Notes: generated from the sequence alone by a model not told the origin. DNA of 64,000 bases from Hamiltosporidium tvaerminnensis FI-OER-3-3 (GCA_022605425.2 CM061248.1:62001-126000); one strand, 5' to 3'; shown: positions 1 through 11,860, counted from the first letter of the stretch. Numbers and translations: made by a program.

Positions 1-2
1 CC

Positions 3-1628
3 CTCAACCCCACGGTTTCAAGCCAGTTAAACTACGGATGTATACCTATCTATGAAACCAGGCATAAATCTTTCGAAAATAAATTTTCGCAAAAATATTT
101 GGATCAGAGAATGATGCCATATCAAAAATCTAATGAGTCAGATTCAACAAGTTATACCTGCGAACCTTACGTACAAAATCAAAAATTAACAATTCCTTTT
201 ACATCAGAAAAAAAAACAGATTCTCAAAAACGAAAGCGCCAGATAATATCATTAGATCCTTCGAATATTAAAAAAAAATGCGATGGCTTACATTCAAACA
301 GCGAACCCTCTAACCAACTAGATTCTTTATCACCTGTTATGTTATTCATGTCTGATGAGATTTTGATAAATAATAATAGCAATGAAATAAAATTTCCATA
401 TTATGAACTTGCTGGAGAAACTTTAAGTATATTTATGGATAAAAAAAATAAAAAGTATTGCGAAAATTATGAATATTTTTTGTCTTTTATTCCCGGCCTA
501 TTTTTAGAAATAGAAACGGTATCCGAGGAAGACTTCTTGTTTAATCAAATCCATTCAAATTCAATTTTAAGTCATTTATCATCTGATAATTGGAATAAAT
601 ATATTGACGATAAAATAGAAAATTACGATTTTATTAGTATTGATTCCGAAGTTGAACTTAAAAAAATTTCGACTTTTAGCGAAGGTCTTATATTCTACGA
701 AAAAAACGTGCCAAGCCACATGAAAAATTCTCATTTAATGCCTTTATATGAAAAAATGACTTTTATTTTGTTAAAAATGAAATCTGAAGATAGTTTCGGA
801 TTATTTTATGAACTTATAAAATTTGAAACATATTATGAAACCAATTTATATAACTATATAGAGCCAAACCACAACTTATATGTATATTATATTTTATCAA
901 TTATTTTAAAACAGTTAAAACACATCAACAGTCATGTCTTTAGTGATTCAAATATTTATAACCGTAAAAAAATTTTGTGCCGTCAGCCTTTTAATAGTAT
1001 ACAGAAACAGGAATATAACAAGAAGTTTTTTGTTCAAAGATTGTTTTCAAAATTATTATTAGGAATGAAAAATGGCATATTAAGAAGTAAGTTTTATAAT
1101 GTTGCTTTAATTCTTGATATTTCATCGGAAAAACACAGGCGGAAATACTATTTCAATCAGACTTCTTATTTTATATTTTTTCTTAGAGTTTTTACATCAT
1201 TTGTTCTCGAGCCAAATTTTAATTCGAATGCAGAGAGTTTAGACAAATTTTGCCGCCTTTCTTTAGATATTATAAATCTCTCACGTAGTCTCGGTGATAG
1301 GTTTTTAGAAAAACTAGCATTTATGATGGAGAATTTTAATTCGGGAGTTTTCACAGTAAAGACCAATATCAAATTAATTAGAAAATTTTGGGGTTGTGAT
1401 AAAGATCGAATCCGATTAAATGATAAACTGATATATTTATACAATAAGAATAATCTTTTGTATGGTTCTCCATCTATTCCTCATATGTATTTCTCTATCA
1501 ATGATATATTCTTGTCAGAAATATGCTTAAGTGCTTGCCTTTCTAGGATATATAGCGGTATTTGTTTCGATGAAGGAGTGAATTGTTATGGATTGAAAGT
1601 AATATTGGAAAAAAGATTAAAGCTTTGA
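3..1628 (+). CDS. Lineage-specific hypothetical protein, 5' end outside the window
   Basis: The frame of ORF 99..1628 is open back to position 3 (LNPTVSSQLNYG...), so the TTG at 99 is probably not the real start. Low-complexity N-terminal part with a bipartite NLS-like KRKRQIISLDPSNIKKK; no recognisable domain. Confidence 0.75.
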   Translation, partial: LNPTVSSQLNYGCIPIYETRHKSFENKFSQKYLDQRMMPYQKSNESDSTSYTCEPYVQNQKLTIPFTSEKKTDSQKRKRQIISLDPSNIKKKCDGLHSNSEPSNQLDSLSPVMLFMSDEILINNNSNEIKFPYYELAGETLSIFMDKKNKKYCENYEYFLSFIPGLFLEIETVSEEDFLFNQIHSNSILSHLSSDNWNKYIDDKIENYDFISIDSEVELKKISTFSEGLIFYEKNVPSHMKNSHLMPLYEKMTFILLKMKSEDSFGLFYELIKFETYYETNLYNYIEPNHNLYVYYILSIILKQLKHINSHVFSDSNIYNRKKILCRQPFNSIQKQEYNKKFFVQRLFSKLLLGMKNGILRSKFYNVALILDISSEKHRRKYYFNQTSYFIFFLRVFTSFVLEPNFNSNAESLDKFCRLSLDIINLSRSLGDRFLEKLAFMMENFNSGVFTVKTNIKLIRKFWGCDKDRIRLNDKLIYLYNKNNLLYGSPSIPHMYFSINDIFLSEICLSACLSRIYSGICFDEGVNCYGLKVILEKRLKL

Positions 1629-2590
1629 GCAATTAATTTTTAAGAGAATGATAATAACATAAAATAATTCAAAAATTATCAGAACATATTTTAAAAAATA
1701 AGAAATAAACAACGTTGGACTAATCTAATTGATTTTTTTTCATTTAATTTTAATTTATAAATTGAATTTTTAATTCTTCTTTAAGTTTTATACCGATCTA
1801 TTCCTATTGTATAAAGTACAACCCAATCAGTGATTTTTGCATTTTTTAACATATTTTTTCCTTAAACTATATATATCAGGCAATAAATAAAATTTACAAA
1901 CAAGCGCTATTGGTTTTTAAAAACGTTCTAATAGGTGTTTAAATAAGCTTTGGATACATTTAAAAGTATATTCACAAGAAAATCACCTTTGAAATCTTGT
2001 ATAATTATGGACAGTTGTGGATTATAACTCGATATAACTATGCAGTAGGACATATTTTTAGATACCGGTTTCTACTTCAGCTGTTGAATTTAATTTCGCA
2101 AAATCTCTATTTTTGATTGGCTTAATCCGAAATCTGTTTAGGTTTTTTCTTATTTCTGATTTTTATTTAAGATTTAGTGCATTTTTCTCTAAATATATAT
2201 GGTATAGGCGTGGAATCATTTTTTATCGCCAAATTTATGTCTGTAATTTACTACTCACTTTTTACTATCTATTTTATTTAATTATACTGTTAAAGGCAAT
2301 AAAGTTTTAGCTGATTTGAAATAAAATAAATGTTAAATATGAACATAAAATTAAATAACAAAATATAGAGTATTTTATCGAAGATGTTTGTTTTTTCGTA
2401 TTTTATTTGTAATATTTGATTATTAGAAGATAATCCTAGATGACTCGATTATCTCAAAACTTAGAAATTATTTCCATAGTATCAAGTAATTAAAATTAAA
2501 GAATTATTGTAGTAAACCATAATCTCGTGCGATCGGTTTAGAGTATAAAATTTTTAATTTAAATATATTTTGGTTTGTCTATTATTACTA

Positions 2591-3316
2591 GAGGGAGGAT
2601 AACCACATAAAAAACTTTCTGCTTGGCAATGAATGTGTGAAACTGGTTTGAGGTCATTGTTTGGATTTTTAGAGGGAATAAAACCAAACTACATCTTTGG
2701 TTGTTCCATGGGAGTTGTTATGAAGAGGAGAGGTCTACGAAACGGTGAAACTTTTTCTACAAATTTATTTTTAGTTTTTTACCTAACGGGATTGGAGACG
2801 GCAGCTGAACATGTAGGTAATTGCCATGTAAATGCATGGAAACTTAGCCTTGCTCACTCGTGTTTGAAGACTTAGCGCCTGTGAGATACAAAAATAAAAC
2901 CATTCAAAGCCGAGAAATCTAAGTAGCAGATTATACCTGTTGGTATGACATTGCACTGTCTAGGTAGACCTTATGTGTCTCTGAAATATATCTTAGCTAG
3001 AAGTTTATTGGGTTCAGGAAGTGTAGAGTAAGTGGGAATGCTGCATAGTCTTGGGGGATCCCAGGGGGGGGGGGGCTACGGCCTTCGATCATACTCCATG
3101 CAACGGAAATTAACGAACTTCGGGAAACTGCTTCGCCTAGTAATTAGTTAGGTTCTACACACCTGATAGATGAAAGGCTTTGGGACGTAGGTATCGCAGG
3201 GGTTTCGATGAAGTGTTGGGCAGCAGTTATTTATGTTAAACTCAAAACTTCGTTAATATCATGAAAACAAATATAACACTTTTCACTGTTTTAAAAACAT
3301 TGAAATTTTTAAATAA
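2591..3316 (+). mobile_element. ~720-bp SINE-like dispersed element, copy 1 (well preserved)
   Basis: Colinear with the copies at 42749, 55271 (rc) and 27525 (rc): GAGGGAGGATAACCACATAAAAAAC ... GCTGCATAGTCTTG ... GAAAACAAATATAACAC ... TTTTAAATAA. Confidence 0.9.
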
Positions 3317-4097
3317 GAATTTCTTACTTATGAATCGGTTCGTATTTCTAATATGCGTGCTATTTATTTCATCATGATTTAATGAATAATATTAATATTT
3401 TCTAAGGAATTAAGATTACTTCATAATTATCAGCAGATCAAATCAAGCAAAAAAAAATATAATTTAAATAAAGGTTTAAGAAATTACAACTATCTCTAAA
3501 GAAAAATTAGTTTTAAAATGAATTATTATCATTTGTAACAAAAAAAAGCCAAATTATACTTTATATCTTCTAACATAGAAAAAAAGCAAACTCGTTCATT
3601 TTACACTTATAACAGGGTAGAAAACCTCGAATCTCAGAGTGATCTCGCAAAAAGCTAGGCCTGCTCTACTAAATATAAAAACATTAGGATTATTTGCCAC
3701 AACAACTGTCACTAAGATCTTAGAGAGTTCTTCTTATTCTGTATAAAATTTTATAATGATGCATCAATTAATGAGTAAAACTCAAAAAATGAGGTATGTA
3801 TGTAACAAATATACATGGGCTAATAGGATATCAAATAAAATCAATAGTTTTTTTATAAATTTTGAAACAATTTGTATTAATTGAGATTTTAGTAGAATTA
3901 ACAATAAATAATTCAAATTGTAATGAAATCAACATACAATTCAAATTTTTCAAAACTATTGATTGAATTCTCTAAAAAATATATTTTTTTACCCTTTTAA
4001 ATATAAGAAGTTAACAAAATTCATTGTGAAATATTTTAGTCGAAAAATCTTTTAAATGTATTTTTTTATGTTTTTTTATATTTTTACAAATAAAAAA

Positions 4098-4499
4098 ATG
4101 TCTAAAAAACTTATTTGTCACTTAAAACCAAAACCACCCATGAGAATTCGTAAAAATAGAAATTCAGATAAAATAGTAAAAATTACAGAAAAACAACCCG
4201 ATCCTTTACAATTAATTGTAATCAAGAAACAATATAATCCACCCGTCTCTCTAGAAAAAAAAGTACCAATATATGCACCTCCCTCTATACCATTATCGAA
4301 AGAACAAAAAGAATATTGGAAACTACCACCGTGTATTTCCATGTGGAAGAACCCCAAAAGCAGAATAATTTCGTTAGAAAAAAGAATGCAGCATATACCT
4401 ACACATCCCTCATTAAACATAAATTTTGAAAAGTTTTCTAGATTTAAAGAAGCACTTGACGAAGCAGAAAATGATTTAAAGAAAAAATATAAAAATTAA
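4098..4499 (+). CDS. PRP45: Reduced SKIP/SNW-domain splicing factor (Prp45-like)
   Basis: Motifs VKITEKQPDPL, APPS, EQKEYWKLPPCISMWKNPK (SNWKN-like), ISLEKR and NFEKFSRFKEAL. The ATG at 4098 is preferred over 4056, which adds a T-rich, spurious-looking N-terminus. Confidence 0.85.
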   Translation: MSKKLICHLKPKPPMRIRKNRNSDKIVKITEKQPDPLQLIVIKKQYNPPVSLEKKVPIYAPPSIPLSKEQKEYWKLPPCISMWKNPKSRIISLEKRMQHIPTHPSLNINFEKFSRFKEALDEAENDLKKKYKN

Positions 4500-4554
4500 A
4501 AATTTTAATTATATCTAACTATCAATCTTTAGTAATATTTCACTTAAATTATAT

Positions 4555-4760
4555 TCTTCTAATAATCTTCTATTATCATTCTTTTAGTCTCATATTCTTC
4601 TAATAATCTTCTATTATCATTCTATTAATCTCATATTTTTCTAATTCTCTCAACCTTTTTTAATTCTCTCTAATATTTCTAATTCTCTCCAATATTTTTT
4701 TAATTCTCGAAAATTCTCTCAAATATTTTTTTAATTCTCGAAAATTCTCTCAAATTTTTT
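4555..4760. repeat. Imperfect tandem repeats (TTCTAATAATCTTCTATTATCATT x2; AATTCTCTC-based units)
   Basis: Duplicated units are directly visible downstream of the PRP45 stop codon. Confidence 0.7.
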
Positions 4761-4798
4761 TTCTTTAAATTACAATTTTTATTACACTTACCCCATAA

Positions 4799-4969
4799 AT
4801 GGTAAACACAGACTCTTCTCAAAACAGAGCACAATCTTTTGAAAACCTTTCACAAACTATAATAAGTAGATTAAATGAAGTTAAAAAGAAATTGGAAAAT
4901 GTATCTGAAGAATTAAGTGCTATAAGTAAACTTAACTCTGAAACTGAAGATAAAGAAGAAGAATTATAA
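4799..4969 (+). CDS. 56-aa coiled-coil protein, HSBP1-like (not in the ORF track)
   Basis: CCCCATAA-ATG start context. Translation MVNTDSSQNRAQSFENLSQTIISRLNEVKKKLENVSEELSAISKLNSETEDKEEEL*; the stop overlaps AATAAA. FENLSQTIISRLNEV resembles the HSBP1 core FQTMSDQIIGRIDDM. Confidence 0.7.
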   Translation: MVNTDSSQNRAQSFENLSQTIISRLNEVKKKLENVSEELSAISKLNSETEDKEEEL

Positions 4970-5179
4970 ATAAAGATTTGTTTTATTTTTTCTTCCTTAA
5001 ATTTCTTTTAATGACTCATTATAATATTTTTCTTGGTTATTATTCTTTTAAAAATCTCATTTTTATATCTTTGTTGAATTTTTTTTTTAAATTTTTTTTT
5101 TTCATTATTTCTCTCTTTTTTTTGTAAATTTTTAATTCTTTAATATTTTTTCTAATTTCTTCTTAAATATTTTCCATTT

Positions 5180-5230
5180 TAAATTTCATTTTAGATTTTA
5201 AATTTCATTTTAGATTTTAAATTTCATTTT
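5180..5230. repeat. 19-bp tandem repeat (AAATTTCATTTTAGATTTT), ~2.5 copies
   Basis: Directly visible. Confidence 0.7.
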
Positions 5231-5288
5231 GGTTTACAAATTTTTTTATTTATTTTTATTTCAAAAAAGAATATTGGGTTACCCTTAA

Positions 5289-6152
5289 ATGACTGACCAA
5301 GATATAACATATTCTACAATAGAACACGATTATATGCAACTTAAAGATACCTTTGATAACCATAAATTTGCATATATTGAAAAACTAACCAAACAATATT
5401 TTATAGAAGGGTTATGTTCTAAGGATTATGAAAAAAATAATATAATAAGTATGGTATCTTCTAGTAAAATACAACTTAGAGAAGTTAAAGGTTTGGTTGA
5501 GGAACAAGAAGAATTAATTAAAAGTATTTCTATTGAAATATATGAGTTAGAAAAAAAGAATAAAGAATATGAAATTGAATTGAATGAATTATCAATTAAA
5601 GAAGAGGAATATGAAAAGAGGTATTTAGAATTTAATGAGAAACTTGGAAATGTGAAGATTATGGATGAGTTATGCAATAAAGTTAAACAGAAAAATGATG
5701 AAATTACAGAAACGATGGAAATTATTGAAAATAAAAATGAAAATTTAAAAAAAATGGATGTCACCAAACTTGAAACTGATCTTTATGATTTACAAATTAG
5801 AAAAGAAGAATTGTGTGAGCAGGAAAGAAATTTATCGAGAATATTTTATGATGATTCCTTGGTTGAAATGTATGAATGGTATTTGAATGGATTACAATTT
5901 CTTAACAAATTATTTTTCTGTAGAATTGAAGAAATTAAAATCAAAGAAAATAATTTAACAGAAATTTATTTTGGTATTGGAAATTTGAGTGTTGTTGCTT
6001 GTATTGAAGATAGAAAATTTATTGGTGCGAAGGCTTTTTATTTAGAGAGAAATCAAGATTTATTTGATTCTTTGGTCAATGAATGTGTATTTATAAATGA
6101 TTTGAGGTTGTTTATGTGTAAATTGCCATTTATAATTTCTAAAGAGAAATGA
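5289..6152 (+). CDS. Kinetochore Sos7/Kre28 (Zwint-like) coiled-coil protein
   Basis: CCCTTAA-ATG start. LKDTFDNHKFAYIEKLTKQYFIEGL matches the fungal Sos7 pattern (KxxFxxLKFxYxEQxTKExFL), followed by a long coiled coil and a globular C-terminus. Confidence 0.65.
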   Translation: MTDQDITYSTIEHDYMQLKDTFDNHKFAYIEKLTKQYFIEGLCSKDYEKNNIISMVSSSKIQLREVKGLVEEQEELIKSISIEIYELEKKNKEYEIELNELSIKEEEYEKRYLEFNEKLGNVKIMDELCNKVKQKNDEITETMEIIENKNENLKKMDVTKLETDLYDLQIRKEELCEQERNLSRIFYDDSLVEMYEWYLNGLQFLNKLFFCRIEEIKIKENNLTEIYFGIGNLSVVACIEDRKFIGAKAFYLERNQDLFDSLVNECVFINDLRLFMCKLPFIISKEK

Positions 6153-6298
6153 TATTTGAACAAAATGTTAAAAAAAAAGTAAATTCATTTTAAATTTATA
6201 GAGTTTTTTAATTTCTCATTCTTTTACGTTTTTTTAAATATTGAAGTATTTTTTTTTATAAAAATATATTTTATTGACTTTGAAAGATATATTTAAAT

Positions 6299-6468
6299 AT
6301 CTTGAATTAAAAAAATTAATATCTCAAATCAATATATGTAATTCTTATAAAATCTCGAATTATGAAAAAATTAATATCTCAAATCAATATATGAAATTCT
6401 TATAAAGTCTTGAATTATGAAAAAAACATATCTTAAATCAATATATGAAATTGTTATAAAGTCTCGAA
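6299..6468. repeat. ~55-bp tandem repeat, 3 copies
   Basis: Unit TCTTGAATTATGAAAAAATTAATATCTCAAATCAATATATGAAATTCTTATAAAG. Confidence 0.85.
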
Positions 6469-6679
6469 AAGAAACGATTAATTTCATTTTTATTAAAAAA
6501 TTATAAGAAATATTTGATTTTATATTTTATAATAAATTATTACCGAATTTGGTATATAAAAGTTTTTAATGAAGGAATTTAAGGAGTAAATGTGATATTT
6601 ACGGTTTAAAAATTAAATTATTGGGATTTATTTTGTTTCAGAATAAAAATAAATAAAAAGAAATTTTTTTGTAAACAAA

Positions 6680-8086
6680 ATGATAATTGTATTGTTTCTT
6701 TGTTTGAAGATATTTTGTACAGATAAGTTCTGTTCGAAAGATAGTGATTGTTGGGCAAAGTCTAGACCAGATATTCATTCACTTTATTGTGTTAATAATA
6801 TGTGTACTAAGCTTTTACCTCCTGGTAGACATTGTATTAAACCAACTGAGTGTGCATCTTATTTTTTTTATGGTCCACTTGCTTGTACAGCGAAATGTAG
6901 GGTAGAAAATGAGTGTGATACTGGAATTGGTAAAAATATAATGTCAAAATATTGCTGTAGAAGCGTACCGGAGGGGAAAGATTGTATAAATACGAGACCA
7001 CAAATGCTAAATGGATGTGATGCTAAACAAATGTGTTTGATGGATAAGCAAGGTGAATATAAATGTGAATCAAAAAATATCAATTTTTGGATTATTGGTG
7101 TAATATTATCCATTTCTGGCAATTTAATGATAAATGTTGGATTAAATTTTCAAAAAAAATCTTACAGCATGGAAAAGGTAAAATTTATGAACATCGAATT
7201 GATGTTGTTTCATCTTGGAATAATGATATACGTTTTAGGTAAAATTTCAGGATTTACTTCATATATATTTGGAAACCAGTCTTTGTTGGCATCATTAGGT
7301 GCTGTTGGCTTGATTGCCAATAGTATATTTGCCCCAATGATAAATCATGAAATATTTACATGGAAAGATTTTTTGTCGATTATATTTGTTTTGACGGGAT
7401 CCTCGATCATTATTATGAATTCAGGACGATCTCATAAAGTATTTTCATTATGTGAACTTTTAAAGATGTATAAAAGAAAAGAAACAATGTTGTGGTTTAT
7501 AGTTATATTTGTTCTGATCGGAACATTATTTTTTGCTATAAAATTTTTTGAGGTGAACGGGGATTGGTCAATTCCTAACGATTTTTTCAATTTCCTTAAA
7601 AAAGAAAATGTTTATTATGAAGAAGATGGTGTTATATTGAAATATTTCATGGTTTTATTTTATGTTGGTCTTTCTTCAATCATCGCATCTCTTACAACTT
7701 TATTTGCTAAAAGTTTTGGTGAAATGGTGGATGCTACTATTTCAGGAGATAATCAATTTTTATACGGTATAACATATTTATTCTTCATATTTCTTGTATT
7801 TTGTACGTTTTTACAAATTTATTGGTTAAATAGAGCACTGAGACACTTCGATGCTTTGCTTGTTATACCCGTATTTCATGTTATTTGGACAATGTTTAGT
7901 GTTATAACAGCAGGTATTTATTTTCAAGACTTTGAACATTACTCGGTTGAACAGTTTAAAGGATTTATTACAGGATTGTTGGTAATTTTTCTTGGTTCTA
8001 CCTTTTTAGCAAGCAGAGTTATGAATAAAGGAAATATTTGTATAAAAGAAGTAGAACTTGAAAAACAAACGGTGAGTAAATCTTAA
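6680..8086 (+). CDS. NIPA-family (DUF803) Mg2+ transporter with signal peptide and Cys-rich N-terminal domain
   Basis: Motifs IGVILSISGNLMINVGLNFQKK, SYIFGNQSLLASLGAVGLIAN, LQIYWLNRALRHFDALLVIPVF and GIYFQDF; about 9 TM segments. Confidence 0.9.
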   Translation: MIIVLFLCLKIFCTDKFCSKDSDCWAKSRPDIHSLYCVNNMCTKLLPPGRHCIKPTECASYFFYGPLACTAKCRVENECDTGIGKNIMSKYCCRSVPEGKDCINTRPQMLNGCDAKQMCLMDKQGEYKCESKNINFWIIGVILSISGNLMINVGLNFQKKSYSMEKVKFMNIELMLFHLGIMIYVLGKISGFTSYIFGNQSLLASLGAVGLIANSIFAPMINHEIFTWKDFLSIIFVLTGSSIIIMNSGRSHKVFSLCELLKMYKRKETMLWFIVIFVLIGTLFFAIKFFEVNGDWSIPNDFFNFLKKENVYYEEDGVILKYFMVLFYVGLSSIIASLTTLFAKSFGEMVDATISGDNQFLYGITYLFFIFLVFCTFLQIYWLNRALRHFDALLVIPVFHVIWTMFSVITAGIYFQDFEHYSVEQFKGFITGLLVIFLGSTFLASRVMNKGNICIKEVELEKQTVSKS

Positions 8087-9249
8087 AATAAAAGATAATA
8101 AAAATTTTTAATTTCTTTTTTTTATTGTATTTAGCAGATTGTTCATTCTAAAAGTCTAATAATTTTATTTGGATTTTATAGAATAAATAAGTATAAAACA
8201 AAATTTAAATCACTTTGAGGTTTTACGATGATCGTCATAATTGAATTGTTCATTGCTTAAATGAAATAAAAAAAATCGGTTATATTTGATATCTTTTGTA
8301 AAGTTTTTGCCAATTCGTAAAAAAATTATATTGTTTAGATTTAATATAATTATCATATTTAAAAAGAATTTTAAAGATTTATTAAAACACTCTTTTAGTT
8401 CCTACGTACCTTGAACAATAAAAAATCAAATAGATACGATTTGATAACAATTGATAGACGTAGATTCATATAACCAATAATAAAAAGCTTAAAATATGAA
8501 TTATAAATACATTAAATAGAAATAAATAAATAATTTTTGTTAATCGATCAAATTTAAGTTTTACTCAATTTTATATTAAATGTTTTTCCAACTATTTTAA
8601 ATGCAAGATATGTCATTAAATATTTGCAAAACTATTAAGAGAAAATTAGATAAATTTAGTGATTAGATATTACTTTTGTAGAACATTACAAAATTATTAG
8701 ACTGAAAAATAGGAAAAAATTTTATATGCTCTCTTATATACTATAAAGTTTGATTTATATTAAATGAGTCTTTGTCTGGTGAAATATAAAAATTTCTAAA
8801 TATTTTTAAATATTAGAAAATTACAGAACTTAGGTTTAAAACCGAAGATAAACCAAATGTTATAACTACAATATTTTCATAATATCATTTATATTATATT
8901 CTGTAATAGTTTGATTTTTAAACGATAATGTTCTAATCATTAAAATTAGCAAATTTAGAAACTTTCTTAACTCATATATCAAATCGAATCTAAAGATAAA
9001 TATTAAGATAGTTGTCGTTATAAAAAACGTTTCATCATTAATTTAATCATTAGATTTGTTGTTTATATTAGTAAATTCAGAAGTATAAACACTTCAGACC
9101 AATTATTTACTTAGCAATATATTATAAGACAGAGATATATAAATTGACAAAATCAAAAAAATCAAAAGTTGTAATTGTTGAAAGATGTAACTTTGTATGA
9201 TAAACTGTTAGATGAAACAGTTCTTTTTTGTATTATTGATTTTTTTTAC

Positions 9250-9900
9250 GGTTCACCATTACTTTCATATTCCTTATCATTTTTTTACATCATTATCGAA
9301 TTCTAGATCGGCTTTTCGTCATCAAAATTATTATTCTGATTTTTAGCGCTTTATTAGCTCATTCTCGCTTCATCTTGTGATAGACATATGTAGACAAGGT
9401 ATGGGCTGAATTATTCCCAAGATTCCTTGTATGATATCAAAAGAAAGTTTTAATCAGACTCTGAAAGATGCGTATCGTGACTCAAGTCTTCCTATTAGAT
9501 CAAAATAATTAAACTTGAATATCTTTAAACATTATATATCGTATGTATACTTATATTCTATTGAAGATCAATCTACTTAATATACCTTTTGGTAGTTGCT
9601 GGCAACGCTATGCGGTTATAGCGCAAAGAAATGTTATTTTGACTCAATTTGAACATTAAACTTTACTCATTAGAATAGTAAGCCGTCTTTCTTATGAATT
9701 TTGTTCCAACGATTGAACACCGGCTTTTTACTTCATATCAATTCCGATATGTGTAATAAGTTTAGTTTTTTTATCTAAAATTAGATATCCGATCTATAAT
9801 TTCGGATAAATTCATAACGTTCTATTTAGATCGACACGTTTTCGGATAAAAAAGTGATCGTTTTTTTACACAGATTTGTTTCTGATTCATTTTGAAGATT
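9250..9900 (-). mobile_element. Heavily decayed 3' fragment of an R4/Dong-type non-LTR element
   Basis: The minus strand near 9730-9840 reads roughly RVD...IRNYRSDI.ILDKKTKLITHIGI, matching RVDTRIKTDVKIRNNRPDIFILDKKRNKITLI of the copy at 24.9-25.3 kb. Confidence 0.55.
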
Positions 9901-11199
9901 TTTATTTCTTTGTTTGCGAAAAACAGGTATAGATATTTAAAAAAGTATCATAATATGCCATTTGGTCCTATAAATCTATTATTTTTACGAGTCGCCACAT
10001 ATTGACTAAATTCACAAAATTTATATCTTATATACTTTCGTTTGTATTCCAGGACTAATTTATATCCTTATCTATTAAGATATCGCTTTTTACCGTTGAT
10101 TGATACTTTGCTTAGGTTAATTCGGGATAGAATAGAGATATCATTTAAAAATTTCTAGTTTTACATAGTTTTGAATTTATTTCCGTAATTCATTTATATG
10201 TTAAAATTTAAGTGTTCAGCTTTCAAAATTTTTTTGTGATTATTAATTTTCTTACATTTATTTTATAGTCCTGCAATTAGAATAAATTTTTGTTTATATT
10301 TGTATTTAAGATTTGGCTTTAATGATGCTATTTTTTTGATTCCTTAAAAAATACCTGAGTGTTTTACCTTCATAGATTTTCTTTCTTATTGAAAGTATAA
10401 TATCCCCATTACAGTTAATAGCTAAGCAACTAGTTGTGATTTTCATAATTAAGCTTTGTAGAAAAAAAAGAAATATAAACAGAAAAATAAAAAAGAATTT
10501 TGCCATGAAGAAATTTTCTTTCATTTTGATCTCGGAGATCGGGAAATTATTTTAACGGGCAAGAAAAATTAAAGAAAATTATCAAACGTAGAAATCGGTT
10601 CTAAATAAATTTATTTTTCTCTTTGTCTCTAGGTTTCTGAAAATGTATAGTTTTGATCGAAGTACATTCAGAAAAGAAAAAAAATAATAATTTAAAATGG
10701 ATTTAGATACTAGAATTTTATTTGTCATAATAGATGCCTATTTTAAATAGAATTTTAATCCACTATGATTTATAATATTAAAATTACCTAAAATATTATC
10801 TAATCGCAATAGATTTAGGTTAAAGGAATTCTCCGTCTGTCAAGTAGAAGTTATTCCTCAATCTAAATTCATTTCATGAATAAATTATACAAAAAATGTT
10901 CGAGGATTTACCAGTCTATCTCTTTAAGAATATATACTAATTATTATAAAAAAAATGGCATGTAAATAAGTATTTTAGGTTATATATTACAAAACGGGTG
11001 ATATCCGTTTGAACTGGTTTATAATTTTTAGTTTTAAATTACATATTTTTTCGAATTAAAGCTTAAATTAAGTCTAGATTGGATTATATATTTATAAAAA
11101 TATTATTTTTAAAATACATTTTCTTGAGAATAAAGAAGAAACTGTAGTTACTATACAAGTTTGCGAGTAAAATATTAGTAGAAATCCCCTTATATTGAT

Positions 11200-11860
11200 T
11201 TATATTGTATTGCATTTAACCATAAATCAATAACAGAAAACCAAATAGATTTAAAACACATTCGTTTGATAAAACAATACGTCTCCTTTAAATTTCAGAA
11301 TGTGCAGCTCCTAAGTTCATTGGTGTCGTGTATGTTAGTAAAAACAAGAACGGAAGCCTTTAAAATCTTTAGAATATGCAACAATTTTACAGAGCTTGAA
11401 ATAATTGTATTTCGGCAATAGTAAGACAGTCAAAATTGTACTCACTTTCAAAAAAGACAGACACAGTCGAGCAACTCGAAAATAAAAGATACCACGTGTG
11501 ATTTCACATAAGCTTCACGGTGAAGTTAAATAAACATTTATTTATGATTTAAACAGATATATTATAAAGTATTCAAACCTTCTTCAGTATGCTTTTTTCT
11601 GAAAATTCTAAAAATTTTATGCAAAAAACGTAGGTACGTAGAAAAAACAGATTTAATATTCTAAAAATTTAGTTGTATTCTTTTAGCTTCATGTATTTAT
11701 GCCAGCACATTCCGATAGGGAATATTTTTCAAAACTTATTTCTAATTATCAAACACCAAAACTTGAAATGTAGCAGTTTTTGGCTAAGTAGCCAGGATCC
11801 AAAGATTAGGTTAAAATTTTACTCACGTATAACATTCAATAATACCTTTAACATGTAACA
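11200..11860 (+). mobile_element. Possible decayed Mutator-like (MULE) transposase
   Basis: Frameshifted remnants resembling PLVY.L..K, DFEKA, CxFH and RTNN, in the expected order; weak. Confidence 0.3.

Noticed and set aside
2633-2875. ORFs 2633..2875 (+) and 27948..28130 (-) share the peptide NGETFSTNLF...AAEHVGN
   Set aside because: Both lie inside the repeat. Starts differ and indels break the frame in other copies, so this reflects DNA similarity rather than a conserved protein.
3110-3190. CTGATAGATGAAA (hammerhead-like) and T(G/T)CCTCGC (HDV L3-like) strings in the repeat
   Set aside because: The CTGA core is not kept in the other well-preserved copies, and I could not build the required stems by eye. 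A descriptor search (RNArobo/Infernal) would be needed.
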